From a virus, in IMG/VR virus record IMGVR_UViG_3300020166_000747: a DNA stretch of 64,000 nucleotides. One strand, given 5' to 3'. The notes beneath the pieces are model-generated. The model did not search any database. It was not told the DNA's origin and was given only the letters and a program-made list of their open reading frames with translations. Below, piece by piece: positions 48,859-58,552 of this stretch. Both the position numbers and the translations under genes were made by a program. Numbering within the stretch: position 1 is the first letter of the stretch; the number at the start of each line of letters is the position of its first letter.

Positions 48859-50550
48859 ATGGCAACTTGGAAAAAATACTTTAAAACATACGATGGTCTC
48901 CCACAACGAGACTCGTCATCGTCTAATCAAGGATCGGAAGCATCCAATAAGCGTTATAGCAGTTGGTTACCTGAAGTTTATCAGGGACAACCAAACCGTG
49001 TGCAACGTTATGGGCAGTACGACCAAATGGACTTAGATAGTGAAGTGAATGCGGCATTGGATATTATTGCTGAATTTTCAACACTACAAGATGAAAACTC
49101 TAGGTTGCCATTTAAGTTTGACTTCCCAGAAGATCCAACTGAATCTGAGAATGATGTTCTACAGCGTACACTACGACAGTGGTGTTCAGTTAACGAAATG
49201 AACAAACGTGTTTTCCGTATCTTCCGAAATGCCATTAAGTACGGTGACCAAATCTTTGTTCGTGATCCAGAAACATATAAACTATTTTGGGTCGATCCTG
49301 CTAAAGTAGATAAAGTAGTTGTCAACGAAGGCAAAGGCAAGAAAGTAGAAGCATATTATATCAAAGATATTGATATCAATATGGAAAGTATGAATATCAC
49401 TGCCGATGCAAACAAACTTACACAAACAGGTGCAGGTGCATCAGGTATGCCTAACTTGAATAGTAATACTACTCAAGGTTATACTGGTGGTTCGGCAGGC
49501 GGCTCACGTTTCGCAAACGACCAATCATCTACGCCAGTAGATGCGGCACACGTTATTCACATTTCATTGAATGAAGGTATCGATGGCTTCTGGCCTTTTG
49601 GTACTTCTATTCTTGAACCAATCTTTAAAGTATATAAACAAAAAGAACTACTAGAAGACGCTATTCTAATATATCGTGTACAACGTGCGCCAGAACGTAG
49701 AGTGTTCTATATTGATGTTGGTAACATGCCAACACACAAAGCACGTGCGCACCTAGAGCGTATTAAGAATGAAATTCATCAAAGACGTATTCCAAGTAAG
49801 ACTGGTGGCGGACAAACTGTTACTGATAGTGCTTACAATCCACTATCAATTATGGAAGATTACTTCTTTGCACAAACAGCAGAAGGTCGTGGTTCTAAAG
49901 TTGAAACACTACCAGGCGGTGAGAACTTAGGACAAATCGATGATTTGAAATACTTCAATGACAAGTTATTACGTGGTTTGCGTGTTCCAGCTTCATACTT
50001 AGGTGGTATGGATGACGGCGGAGCAACAGTTAATGATGGTCGTGTAGGTACAGCAATGATTGCTGAATTTAGATTTACAAAGTTTTGTGAGCGTTTACAA
50101 GCACTTATTGTTGAACAACTAGACAACGAGTTTAAGATGTTCTGTAAAAATCGCGGCGTACAAGTAGAAAGTTCGCGTTTCTCATTACAATTTAATACTC
50201 CTCAGAACTTCGGCAAGTTCCGTCAAGCAGAAGTAGACCAAGTTGCTATGAATGTATTCTCAAGTATCGAAGGTGCGGACTATATTAGTAAACGTTTTGC
50301 ACTACAGCGTTTCTTAGGACTAACAGAAGATGAGATCCTAGAAAATGAAAAGCTATGGCGCCAAGAAAACGGCGACACCGATGAACTTGCAGGAGCAAGT
50401 GACAATCTTAAAGGTGTCGGGGCAGCTCCTTCTCCTGATGACTTAGGTGGGGGCGATGATTTTGACTTCGATGAAACTGATCAAGATGATACAGATGACG
50501 GTTCACCGATATCTGGTGCAGAAAACGCAGAAACAGACGAAGAAGTATAA
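48859..50550 (+). CDS. gp20: Portal protein, T4 gp20-like
   Basis: EDAILIYRVQRAPERRVFYIDVGNMP, MEDYFF, GRGSKVETLPGGENLGQIDDLKYF. Confidence 0.95.
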   Translation: MATWKKYFKTYDGLPQRDSSSSNQGSEASNKRYSSWLPEVYQGQPNRVQRYGQYDQMDLDSEVNAALDIIAEFSTLQDENSRLPFKFDFPEDPTESENDVLQRTLRQWCSVNEMNKRVFRIFRNAIKYGDQIFVRDPETYKLFWVDPAKVDKVVVNEGKGKKVEAYYIKDIDINMESMNITADANKLTQTGAGASGMPNLNSNTTQGYTGGSAGGSRFANDQSSTPVDAAHVIHISLNEGIDGFWPFGTSILEPIFKVYKQKELLEDAILIYRVQRAPERRVFYIDVGNMPTHKARAHLERIKNEIHQRRIPSKTGGGQTVTDSAYNPLSIMEDYFFAQTAEGRGSKVETLPGGENLGQIDDLKYFNDKLLRGLRVPASYLGGMDDGGATVNDGRVGTAMIAEFRFTKFCERLQALIVEQLDNEFKMFCKNRGVQVESSRFSLQFNTPQNFGKFRQAEVDQVAMNVFSSIEGADYISKRFALQRFLGLTEDEILENEKLWRQENGDTDELAGASDNLKGVGAAPSPDDLGGGDDFDFDETDQDDTDDGSPISGAENAETDEEV

Positions 50551-50553
50551 ATA
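50546..50553 (+). promoter_or_regulatory. Late promoter TATAAATA overlapping the portal stop codon
   Basis: Exact consensus, 5 nt before the ATG at 50559. Confidence 0.7.
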
Positions 50554-50558
50554 CTACT

Positions 50559-50780
50559 ATGAGATATTCAGACCTAACAGAAAACTATTCTCCTGACGAG
50601 GATAATCATAATAGTAGAGAGATAGATGATACACGTAAGGATCGTCTAACTCTTGTCCACCTAGCAAAGTTGCGTAAAATACGTGAGTATCGTAAGTACC
50701 AAGAAGGTGTTAAATCACAGCAGGTACAACGCCAATACAAAGGCTCAGGTGACGATGGCGGCGGGGATATGGAGCTTTAA
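50559..50780 (+). CDS. Small head-module protein (hypothetical)
   Basis: DTRKDRLTLVHLAKLRKIRE; between portal and core genes. Confidence 0.7.
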   Translation: MRYSDLTENYSPDEDNHNSREIDDTRKDRLTLVHLAKLRKIREYRKYQEGVKSQQVQRQYKGSGDDGGGDMEL

Positions 50781-50840
50781 TTCATATTAAGTAGTAAGTT
50801 TTACTATATACGTCACATACTAAATATCTCTACGACAATG

Positions 50841-50867
50841 AAACGGCTCAAAAGTAGCCGTTTTTTT
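50841..50867 (+). terminator. Rho-independent terminator
   Basis: AAACGGCT-CAAAAGT-AGCCGTTT running into a T7 tract. Confidence 0.7.
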
Positions 50868-50896
50868 GCATTTCCCTATTATACACTATCTTTGCC

Positions 50897-50904
50897 TATA
50901 AATA
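50897..50904 (+). promoter_or_regulatory. Late promoter TATAAATA for the head operon
   Basis: Exact consensus upstream of the core/protease/scaffold/capsid genes. Confidence 0.75.
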
Positions 50905-50974
50905 CTTTTGAAACAAAGAGTGTTTCTACAACCGCCACAGAAAGCAGTGGCTTTTTAGATAAGGAGACATTAAT

Positions 50975-51817
50975 ATGTCAAGCAAGCTAGAACAAGTACT
51001 AGAACTTCTTATCAACGAGGAGCGTGAAGCAGCGGAAGAGCTACTGCACGATTTTATCGTAGAAAATGCTCGTCAGATCCACGAGGAACTACTGAACGAA
51101 AGTGATGAAGTAGTAGAAGAAGAACTTGAGGAACTAGACGAGTCAGACGATATCGTTGAGCTAGAAGACGAAGCATCAGAACTAGAAGATGATGCATCAG
51201 AAATCGAAAACGAAGAATTCTATGACGAAGACGAAATGGAAGATGAAGAAGCAATCGATGATCTAGAAATGGATGACGATGCTGAAGCAGAAGACGAAGG
51301 CGTTGAAGCACGTGTAGATGACCTAGAGTCAGCACTTGCAGAACTAGAAGCAGAATTCGAAAAAATTATGTCAGGTGAAGACGATGACATGGAAGACGAA
51401 GCAGACGATATGGATGCGGAAGACGAAATGGAAGAGTCATTTGAACTAGAACTAGACGAGTCAGAAGACGAAGACCTAGAAGAAGGTGAAGAACTTGACC
51501 TAGAAGAATCAGAAGATGACGCAGAAGAAGATGAAGACCTAAATGAGTACGTAACTCCAGTGTCAGCATCAGCAGGCGACAACGGTGATAACACATCATC
51601 AACAGTTAATGCAAATCCAAAGCGCCCAGGCGATGATTCAAATGCAGCACCAGTAAAAGCGAATGATGGTAACACATCAGGCGGCAAAGGTGACGCACCA
51701 AAAGATATGAATACAAAGAATGTAAACGTATCAGGTAACTCAAAATCACCAGCAATGTCAAATCAAGCGGCAAAGCCAGGTGATAACGGCGTGAATAACA
51801 AGTCAATCACATCGTAA
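50975..51817 (+). CDS. Highly acidic prohead core/internal scaffold-like protein
   Basis: Long Asp/Glu tracts; sits between portal and protease like T4 gp67/gp68; AAGGAG RBS. Confidence 0.65.
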   Translation: MSSKLEQVLELLINEEREAAEELLHDFIVENARQIHEELLNESDEVVEEELEELDESDDIVELEDEASELEDDASEIENEEFYDEDEMEDEEAIDDLEMDDDAEAEDEGVEARVDDLESALAELEAEFEKIMSGEDDDMEDEADDMDAEDEMEESFELELDESEDEDLEEGEELDLEESEDDAEEDEDLNEYVTPVSASAGDNGDNTSSTVNANPKRPGDDSNAAPVKANDGNTSGGKGDAPKDMNTKNVNVSGNSKSPAMSNQAAKPGDNGVNNKSITS

Positions 51818-51841
51818 ACTAAATTCTATTTGGAGAAACCA

Positions 51842-52471
51842 ATGACCGTTCTTATTGAAAGATTTTCACACAGTCAAGCAGGCGTTAAAACCCGCATTGT
51901 CGAAGGTGAAGACGGTGGAAAAAACATGTTTATGGAAGGCATTTTCGTCCAAGGTGGCGTTAAGAATGCTAACCAGCGTGTTTACCCGGTTTCAGAAATC
52001 TCAAGAGCAGTAGAAAGCGTTCAGAAAAAAATCTCTGAAGGCTTCCCTGTTCTAGGTGAATGTGATCATCCACCAGAATTAACAGTTAACGTTGACCGTG
52101 TGTCCCATATTATTGAAAATATGTGGATGGACGGACCGAACGGCTATGGTAAACTTAAAATTGTTCCTACACCAATGGGCAACATCATCAGAACACTAAT
52201 CGAATCAGGCGCTACATTGGGTGTCTCGTCTCGTGGTTCAGGTGAAGTTGGCAATGATGGTAACGTGAGTAACTTTGAGATTGTAACTGTAGATATCGTA
52301 GCTCAGCCTAGTGCTCCAGAAGCATATCCAAAGGCTATCTACGAAGGATTAATGAACATGAAGGGCGGCTATCAAACTTGGCAGCTTGCACAGAGTGTTC
52401 AACACGACAAGGCGGCACAGAAGTACTTGTCAGAAGAAATAGTAAAGTTCATTCGTGAACTTAAACTGTAA
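51842..52471 (+). CDS. gp21: Prohead core protease, gp21-like
   Basis: MEGIFVQG..KNANQRVYP, LGECDHP, VSH, TPMG, LGVSSRGSG, DIVAQPSAP.AY. Confidence 0.95.
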   Translation: MTVLIERFSHSQAGVKTRIVEGEDGGKNMFMEGIFVQGGVKNANQRVYPVSEISRAVESVQKKISEGFPVLGECDHPPELTVNVDRVSHIIENMWMDGPNGYGKLKIVPTPMGNIIRTLIESGATLGVSSRGSGEVGNDGNVSNFEIVTVDIVAQPSAPEAYPKAIYEGLMNMKGGYQTWQLAQSVQHDKAAQKYLSEEIVKFIRELKL

Positions 52472-52486
52472 ACAGGAGAAGCAACA

Positions 52487-53596
52487 ATGGCAACAGAAAT
52501 CCTTGCTAACCTTCTAGAGTCCGGCGCACTAAGCGAAGAAGCTGGTGCGGCTATTAAAGAGGCTATGGAAGCAAAACTAAATGAAGCAAGAGAGGAAATT
52601 ACAGCCGAGTTGCGTGAAGAATTCGCACAAAAGTTTGAACATGACAAAGGTGTTATCGTTGAAGCAATGGATAATATGCTAACTACAGCAATCCAAGCTG
52701 AGATGACTGAGTTTAAGTCAGACCGTGAATCTCTAATCGCAGAACGAGTTGCGTATAAGAAAGCAATTTCTGAACACGCTAAAATCCTTGAAAAATTCAT
52801 TACTTCTCAACTTGCAGCAGAAGTTAAGGAACTACAAGCTGACCGTGCAAAAGTAGCTGAAAATCTAGAAACGACAAAATCGTTTGTAGTGAAGCAACTT
52901 TCACGTGAACTTGCAGAATTCCATAACGACAAGCGTGAATTAGTAGAAACTAAAGTACGCATGGTAGCAGAAGGCAAACAACTTCTTAACAAAACAAAAG
53001 AATCATTTGTCAAGCGTTCAGCAGAGCTAGTAGAGAACACAATCTCTAATGCTCTACGTTCAGAAATCGCAATGCTTAAAGAGGACATCACAGCGGCTAA
53101 AGAAAACGAATTTGGTCGTAAGTTGTTTGAAGCATTCGCAGGTGAATTCATGTCATCACAATTAAATGAAGGCACAGAAGTAGCTAAAGTGAACAAAAAG
53201 CTAAACGAAACTGCTAACAAAGTTGCAGAATTAGAAGCAGTGATTACTGCTAAAGAAGCAGATATTGCTACAGCGCAAAAAGCAAAGCGCGTAATGGAAG
53301 ATCGTATGAATCGCAAAGCGAAACTAGACGAACTACTATCACCACTTGCTGGTCAAAAGCGTGAAGTAATGTCAGACTTACTTGAATCAGTGAAAACAAC
53401 TAATTTAAAAACAGCTTTTAAGAAATATCTACCAGCTGTTTTAAATGAATCAGTTTCAGCGCAAGCGGAAACAAAAACCCTAACAGAAAGCAAAGTTACA
53501 GAACACACTGGTGACCGCGTTGTAAAAGAAACAACACAGTCAACAGGTGACGATGCTGATATAGTCGTGCTAAGAAAACTAGCCGGTCTAAAGTAA
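52487..53596 (+). CDS. gp22: Prohead scaffolding protein, gp22-like
   Basis: Coiled-coil Glu/Ala/Lys-rich protein between protease and MCP; ends LRKLAGL. Confidence 0.8.
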   Translation: MATEILANLLESGALSEEAGAAIKEAMEAKLNEAREEITAELREEFAQKFEHDKGVIVEAMDNMLTTAIQAEMTEFKSDRESLIAERVAYKKAISEHAKILEKFITSQLAAEVKELQADRAKVAENLETTKSFVVKQLSRELAEFHNDKRELVETKVRMVAEGKQLLNKTKESFVKRSAELVENTISNALRSEIAMLKEDITAAKENEFGRKLFEAFAGEFMSSQLNEGTEVAKVNKKLNETANKVAELEAVITAKEADIATAQKAKRVMEDRMNRKAKLDELLSPLAGQKREVMSDLLESVKTTNLKTAFKKYLPAVLNESVSAQAETKTLTESKVTEHTGDRVVKETTQSTGDDADIVVLRKLAGLK

Positions 53597-53624
53597 TTAA
53601 CCAGAACACAGGAGAATCAAACAG

Positions 53625-54785
53625 ATGGAAAATCTTTTTGAAGGTAACAACTGGGACAACACACGTGATGCGCTACTAGAAGGTCTAGAAGGCACAAAAC
53701 GTGACGTAATGTCATCAGTACTAAACAACACAAAAGTAGCTCTTGCAGAATCAGCAACAGCAGGCGCAACACAAGCAGGTAACATTGCGACACTAAACAA
53801 AGTGATCCTACCAGTTATCCGTCGTGTAATGCCAACAGTTATTGCAAACGAAATCATCGGCGTACAGCCAATGACTGGTCCAGTGGGTCAGATTCACACA
53901 CTACGTGTACGTTATGCAGACAACGCAGCAGGCGTAACAGCAGGCCAAGAAGCTCTATCACCATTCGATATTGCTAAGTCATACTCAGGCGCAAACGGCT
54001 CGGCACCAGCAGCAACAGCAGCAATGGAAGGTACAGCGGGTAACCGTATGTCAATCCAAGTAATGAAGCAAACTGTTGAAGCAAAAACACGTAAGCTATC
54101 AGCACGTTGGACATTCGAAGCGGCACAAGACGCTAACGCAATGCACGGTCTAGACGTAGAAGCAGAAATCATGGCAGCACTTGCTATGGAAATCACAGCA
54201 GAAATCGACCAAGAAGTTCTAGGTTCACTAGAAAATCTAGCGACAACTGGTGCGACTTTCGACATGACAAACACACAGTTTACTGGTACACCAACATTCG
54301 TAGGTGATCGTCATGCAGTTCTAGCAACTCTAATCAACCAACAAGCTAACCTAGTAGCACAGCGCACACGTCGCGGTGCAGCAAACTGGGCAGTTGTTTC
54401 ACCAGCAGCACTAACAGTGCTACAGTCAGCAACTACATCAGCTTTCGCACGTACAACAGAAGGTACATTCGAAGCGCCAACAAACACAAAGTTCGTAGGC
54501 ACACTAAACGGCACAATGCGCGTATATGTAAACACATATGCAAATGACGCAGCACCAGTTCTACTAGGCTATAAAGGCTCAGGCGAAATCGATGCAGCAG
54601 CATTCTATTGCCCATACGTACCGCTAATGTCATCAGGCGTTGTTGTGGATCCACAGTCATTCGAACCAGTAGTGTCATTCATGACTCGTTACGGTTACGT
54701 TGAGCTAACAAACACAGCATCATCACTAGGTAACGCAGCAGATTACGTTTCAAAAATCGAAGTTGCAAACCTAGCATTCGTATAA
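53625..54785 (+). CDS. gp23: Major capsid protein, gp23-like
   Basis: IGVQPMTGPVGQI, EAKTRKLSARWTFEAAQD...HG.D.E, AFYCPYVPL, FMTRYG. Confidence 0.97.
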   Translation: MENLFEGNNWDNTRDALLEGLEGTKRDVMSSVLNNTKVALAESATAGATQAGNIATLNKVILPVIRRVMPTVIANEIIGVQPMTGPVGQIHTLRVRYADNAAGVTAGQEALSPFDIAKSYSGANGSAPAATAAMEGTAGNRMSIQVMKQTVEAKTRKLSARWTFEAAQDANAMHGLDVEAEIMAALAMEITAEIDQEVLGSLENLATTGATFDMTNTQFTGTPTFVGDRHAVLATLINQQANLVAQRTRRGAANWAVVSPAALTVLQSATTSAFARTTEGTFEAPTNTKFVGTLNGTMRVYVNTYANDAAPVLLGYKGSGEIDAAAFYCPYVPLMSSGVVVDPQSFEPVVSFMTRYGYVELTNTASSLGNAADYVSKIEVANLAFV

Positions 54786-54811
54786 GTTTTACTTAAACGA
54801 TTATTAATATT

Positions 54812-54840
54812 AACCCGGGAGGAAACTCCCGGGTTTTTTT
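54812..54840 (+). terminator. Rho-independent terminator after MCP
   Basis: AACCCGGGAG-GAAA-CTCCCGGGTT followed by a T run. Confidence 0.92.
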
Positions 54841-54858
54841 ATGTTCTAAGTTAAATCT

Positions 54859-54866
54859 GATAAATA
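54859..54866 (+). promoter_or_regulatory. Late promoter GATAAATA for the fibre genes
   Basis: TAAATA core right after the terminator. Confidence 0.65.
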
Positions 54867-54898
54867 GACATAACACAATCTAAGTTTGGAAGAATAAC

Positions 54899-56599
54899 AT
54901 GGCAGAACAAATAAAATTTGACGACCGATTATTTCTAAGAGGTGAGAAAGTTCTATTTGATAATGGTACAGAAGATGCTATTATCGAATCAAGAAATGGC
55001 ACCTTAGTTATTAAAGGCAATCTGATAGTTGATGGTACGACAACATCAGTTAATACAATCAATACTGAAATATCAGATCCATTTATGTTACTTAATAGTG
55101 AACATACTGGTTCAGCATCAGACGATGTTGGTATTGAAATTCAGAGAGATGTAGACGGAAATGTCAAGTTCGGTTGGGACGAAACGAATGACAGATGGAC
55201 AACATTTGGAGAAACATTCTATTCCGGTAATATTGAAGCAGATACAATTCTTGCAAATACAAGTATCACTGGGCCGCTTATTTCTTCTAATGTCAATATA
55301 ACTGGCGGCAATATCAACGGTACTGTAATTGGTGACACTAATCCAGTGCAAGCATACTTTACTGACATCTATGGTGACGGTACAAATATCACTAATGTTC
55401 TTACAAACTATACAACAACAGACTTAGCTGAAGGCACAAACTTATATTACACAGATGAGCGTGTTGATGATAGAATTAGTAATCTATTTGACGCATCGTA
55501 TGGTATTTCTGCTACATACACTGACCCTGCAAATACTTTTGAAATTAGTTTTGATGCTACAAATATAGGCACTGGTGAACAAATTCTTGATACTACTAAC
55601 ACCACACAAGCAGCATTTAGAACACTTTCATCAGGTCCTAACTTAGACTTAACTGTTTCAACAGACGGCGATAATATTGTTGTAGATACAGCAGTTAAAA
55701 TTAATAATTTAGAATTCAATACGTTTACTGGCACTGGTTCTGTTAGTCAGTTTGTACTTCCTTATACTGTATCGCAAGATTGGCAAGTCCTAGTCTACAT
55801 TGATGGTGTAGTACAAGAACCAACAACAGCATATACAATGACTGGTAATACATTGACACTATCAGCGCCACTCGCACTAAGTTCTGTTATGAATATAATT
55901 AAGATGGCAAGTAACACAGTTGCATCAACTGTTGCAGATGCAGATACATTGAATACATTTGCAGGATCTTATTACTTAGATTATGCAAACTTTACTAATA
56001 CGCCTACTATCCCAACAGTTCCGACAAACGTAAGCGCATTCACAAACGATGCAAACTACATTACATCAGCCGCAATACCAACAAACCATATGGTAAATGA
56101 TGCTAACAACACAGTAGCAGGTTCAATTTCGCCATCACAAGATGCGACATACGATTTGGGAACAGCGACAGAACAATGGAATGTAATTTATGGACATACA
56201 GTAGAAGCAACATACGCTGACCTTGCAGAGAGATATTCAGCAGATGCTCCTTATGAACCAGGTACTGTTCTAGTATTTGGCGGCGAAGCAGAAATTACAA
56301 CAACTACGATGATAGCAGATACTAAAGTAGTTGGTATCGTTTCAACTGATCCAGCACTTAAAATGAATTCAGCAGCAGGTAATTCACAGACGCATCCTTA
56401 TATTGCTCTTAAAGGCAGAGTGCCATGCAAAGTAATCGGCAAAGTCGAAAAGGGAGACCTGTTGGTAACATCAGATAGACCTGGGTACGCTAAAACATCA
56501 CTGGGTGTTCCAATGATTGGTACTGTAATTGGCAAAGCAATTGAAGCAAAGCCGGGAACAGGTGAAGGAATAGTCGAAGTATTTGTGAGTATGATGTAA
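54899..56599 (+). CDS. Fibre-like virion protein with C-terminal ADLAE/GRVP (intramolecular-chaperone-like) domain
   Basis: GNLIVDGTTT.VN, GIEI.R, WDE..DRW, VYIDGV.Q.P, YADLAERY...ALKGRVPCKV. Confidence 0.7.
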   Translation: MAEQIKFDDRLFLRGEKVLFDNGTEDAIIESRNGTLVIKGNLIVDGTTTSVNTINTEISDPFMLLNSEHTGSASDDVGIEIQRDVDGNVKFGWDETNDRWTTFGETFYSGNIEADTILANTSITGPLISSNVNITGGNINGTVIGDTNPVQAYFTDIYGDGTNITNVLTNYTTTDLAEGTNLYYTDERVDDRISNLFDASYGISATYTDPANTFEISFDATNIGTGEQILDTTNTTQAAFRTLSSGPNLDLTVSTDGDNIVVDTAVKINNLEFNTFTGTGSVSQFVLPYTVSQDWQVLVYIDGVVQEPTTAYTMTGNTLTLSAPLALSSVMNIIKMASNTVASTVADADTLNTFAGSYYLDYANFTNTPTIPTVPTNVSAFTNDANYITSAAIPTNHMVNDANNTVAGSISPSQDATYDLGTATEQWNVIYGHTVEATYADLAERYSADAPYEPGTVLVFGGEAEITTTTMIADTKVVGIVSTDPALKMNSAAGNSQTHPYIALKGRVPCKVIGKVEKGDLLVTSDRPGYAKTSLGVPMIGTVIGKAIEAKPGTGEGIVEVFVSMM

Positions 56600-58539
56600 T
56601 GACTACAAATATTAATTCATATATTTTAGGTGCATCTACTGTACAGAATACTAATTTGCACAATAGTGTATTCGGAACAACAGCAGGTACGGCAGTAGAA
56701 GGTGATACTCAGTTCACACTAAATGTTGGAGGAGATTTAACAGGCGGTGGAACTATTACGTTAGGTTCTGGTGGAACTCTTAATGTGAGTTATACTGGTC
56801 CTGTTATTCCTACGCTTATAAGTTCATTTACAAATGATAGTGGCTATCTAACATCATTTACTGAAACAGACCCAACAGTTCCAACACATGTAAAATCAAT
56901 ATCTGGATCTAATATAGCTAATTGGAATACAGCTTATGGATGGGGAGATCATTCACTAGTTGGATATCTAACATCATTCACCGAGACAGACCCAACAGTT
57001 CCAACACATGTAAAATCAATATCTGGATCTAATATAGCTAATTGGGATACAGCATATGGATGGGGAGATCATTCACTAGTTGGATATCTAACATCATTCA
57101 CCGAGACAGATCCTATATTTCAGGCGCATCCTGTTTATAATATTACTAATACAAAAATCACAGAGTGGGATACAGCATATGGATGGGGAGATCATTCGCT
57201 AGTTGGCTATCTAACATCATTCACAGAGACAGATCCTACTGTTCCAGGGTATGTAAAAGCTATTACATCAACTGAAATATCACATTGGAATACAGCTTAT
57301 GGATGGGGAGATCACTCTACATATGGTTATATCACATCATTTACTGATACAAATGATTATGTTAACAGCTTAACATTTTCTACATCAACTGGTCTTCTTA
57401 CCTTAGGTAGAACTGGAACACTAAATGATTTGACTGTTGATTTAGATGGGCGCTATCAACTTACAGGCACATTCGCAGAGACCGATACGCTCGACAGTGT
57501 AACTACACGCGGTAATTCTACGACTAACGATATTACAGTACATGATTTAATAGTCAATGGTAATCTAACAGTTGAAGGTACTACAGTAACAGTTAACGCA
57601 ACAGAACTTGTAATTGAAGATAATATGATTTATCTAAACGATGGATCTACTATTACTAATCCTGACTTGGGTTGGGCAGGCAATTATAATGACGGTACAT
57701 ATAGACATGCCGGTATGTTTAGAGATGCAACTGACGGTATATTTAAAGCATTTGACGGTTACACACCAGAACCTGGGCAATCTATAGATATTGCACATGC
57801 AAGTTTTAGTCTTGCACCGCTACAAGCAGAAACATTTCACGGACCATTAAATGGTAATGCGTCAACAGCAAGTTCATTGGCGACTGCACGTACTATTACA
57901 TTATCAGGTGATGTTACTGGCTCGGCATCGTTTGATGGATCATCAAATATTACGATTAATACAAGTGGTACATATTTGTCAAGTGCTTCATTTAATACAA
58001 CAAATGGTGTACTGACTCTTACTAAAAATGATACGAATACAGTAACGGTTGACTTAGATGGTCGCTACACTGATAACGTAAATGCGGATGCAATGAATCA
58101 GGGTGTAGCAACAACTGACTCCCCTAATTTTGTTGATGTAACTGCTACTAACTTTCACGGCACTGCGACTACAGCAAAATATGCTGACCTTGCAGAAAAA
58201 TATACAACAGAAATTGAACATCCGGTGGGAACTGTTATGATGGTTTCGTCATCAGATGACTACGAAACTTGTCCAGTTCAAACATTGGGATATCCGATTG
58301 GAGTAATTTCTGAGAATCCAGCATTCTTAATGAACGAAGAATGTGATGGGCAGGCACTAGCTCTTAAAGGTCGAGTACCAGTTAGAGTTGTAGGTAAAAT
58401 TAAAAAAGGCGAAGCTGTTTTTGTATATGAGAATGGTACCGCAGGTAAACAATATAACGGTGCCCACATTGTTGGTATTGCACTAGAAACAAATACGGAC
58501 GCAGGTGAAAAACTTGTTGAATGTGTATTAAAAACATAA
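56599..58539 (+). CDS. Fibre-like virion protein with 40-aa internal repeats and ADLAE/GRVP C-terminus
   Basis: (GYLTSFTETDP...W.TAYGWGDH)x4; ARTITLSGDVTGSASFDGS; YADLAEKY...ALKGRVP. Confidence 0.7.
   Translation: MTTNINSYILGASTVQNTNLHNSVFGTTAGTAVEGDTQFTLNVGGDLTGGGTITLGSGGTLNVSYTGPVIPTLISSFTNDSGYLTSFTETDPTVPTHVKSISGSNIANWNTAYGWGDHSLVGYLTSFTETDPTVPTHVKSISGSNIANWDTAYGWGDHSLVGYLTSFTETDPIFQAHPVYNITNTKITEWDTAYGWGDHSLVGYLTSFTETDPTVPGYVKAITSTEISHWNTAYGWGDHSTYGYITSFTDTNDYVNSLTFSTSTGLLTLGRTGTLNDLTVDLDGRYQLTGTFAETDTLDSVTTRGNSTTNDITVHDLIVNGNLTVEGTTVTVNATELVIEDNMIYLNDGSTITNPDLGWAGNYNDGTYRHAGMFRDATDGIFKAFDGYTPEPGQSIDIAHASFSLAPLQAETFHGPLNGNASTASSLATARTITLSGDVTGSASFDGSSNITINTSGTYLSSASFNTTNGVLTLTKNDTNTVTVDLDGRYTDNVNADAMNQGVATTDSPNFVDVTATNFHGTATTAKYADLAEKYTTEIEHPVGTVMMVSSSDDYETCPVQTLGYPIGVISENPAFLMNEECDGQALALKGRVPVRVVGKIKKGEAVFVYENGTAGKQYNGAHIVGIALETNTDAGEKLVECVLKT
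56842..57350 (+). repeat. Intragenic tandem repeat, ~120-bp unit, four copies plus a partial
   Basis: Units start at 56842, 56962, 57082, 57205 and 57325 (partial); units 1 and 2 are nearly identical. Confidence 0.9.
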
Positions 58540-58552
58540 AGGTTGAGAACTA

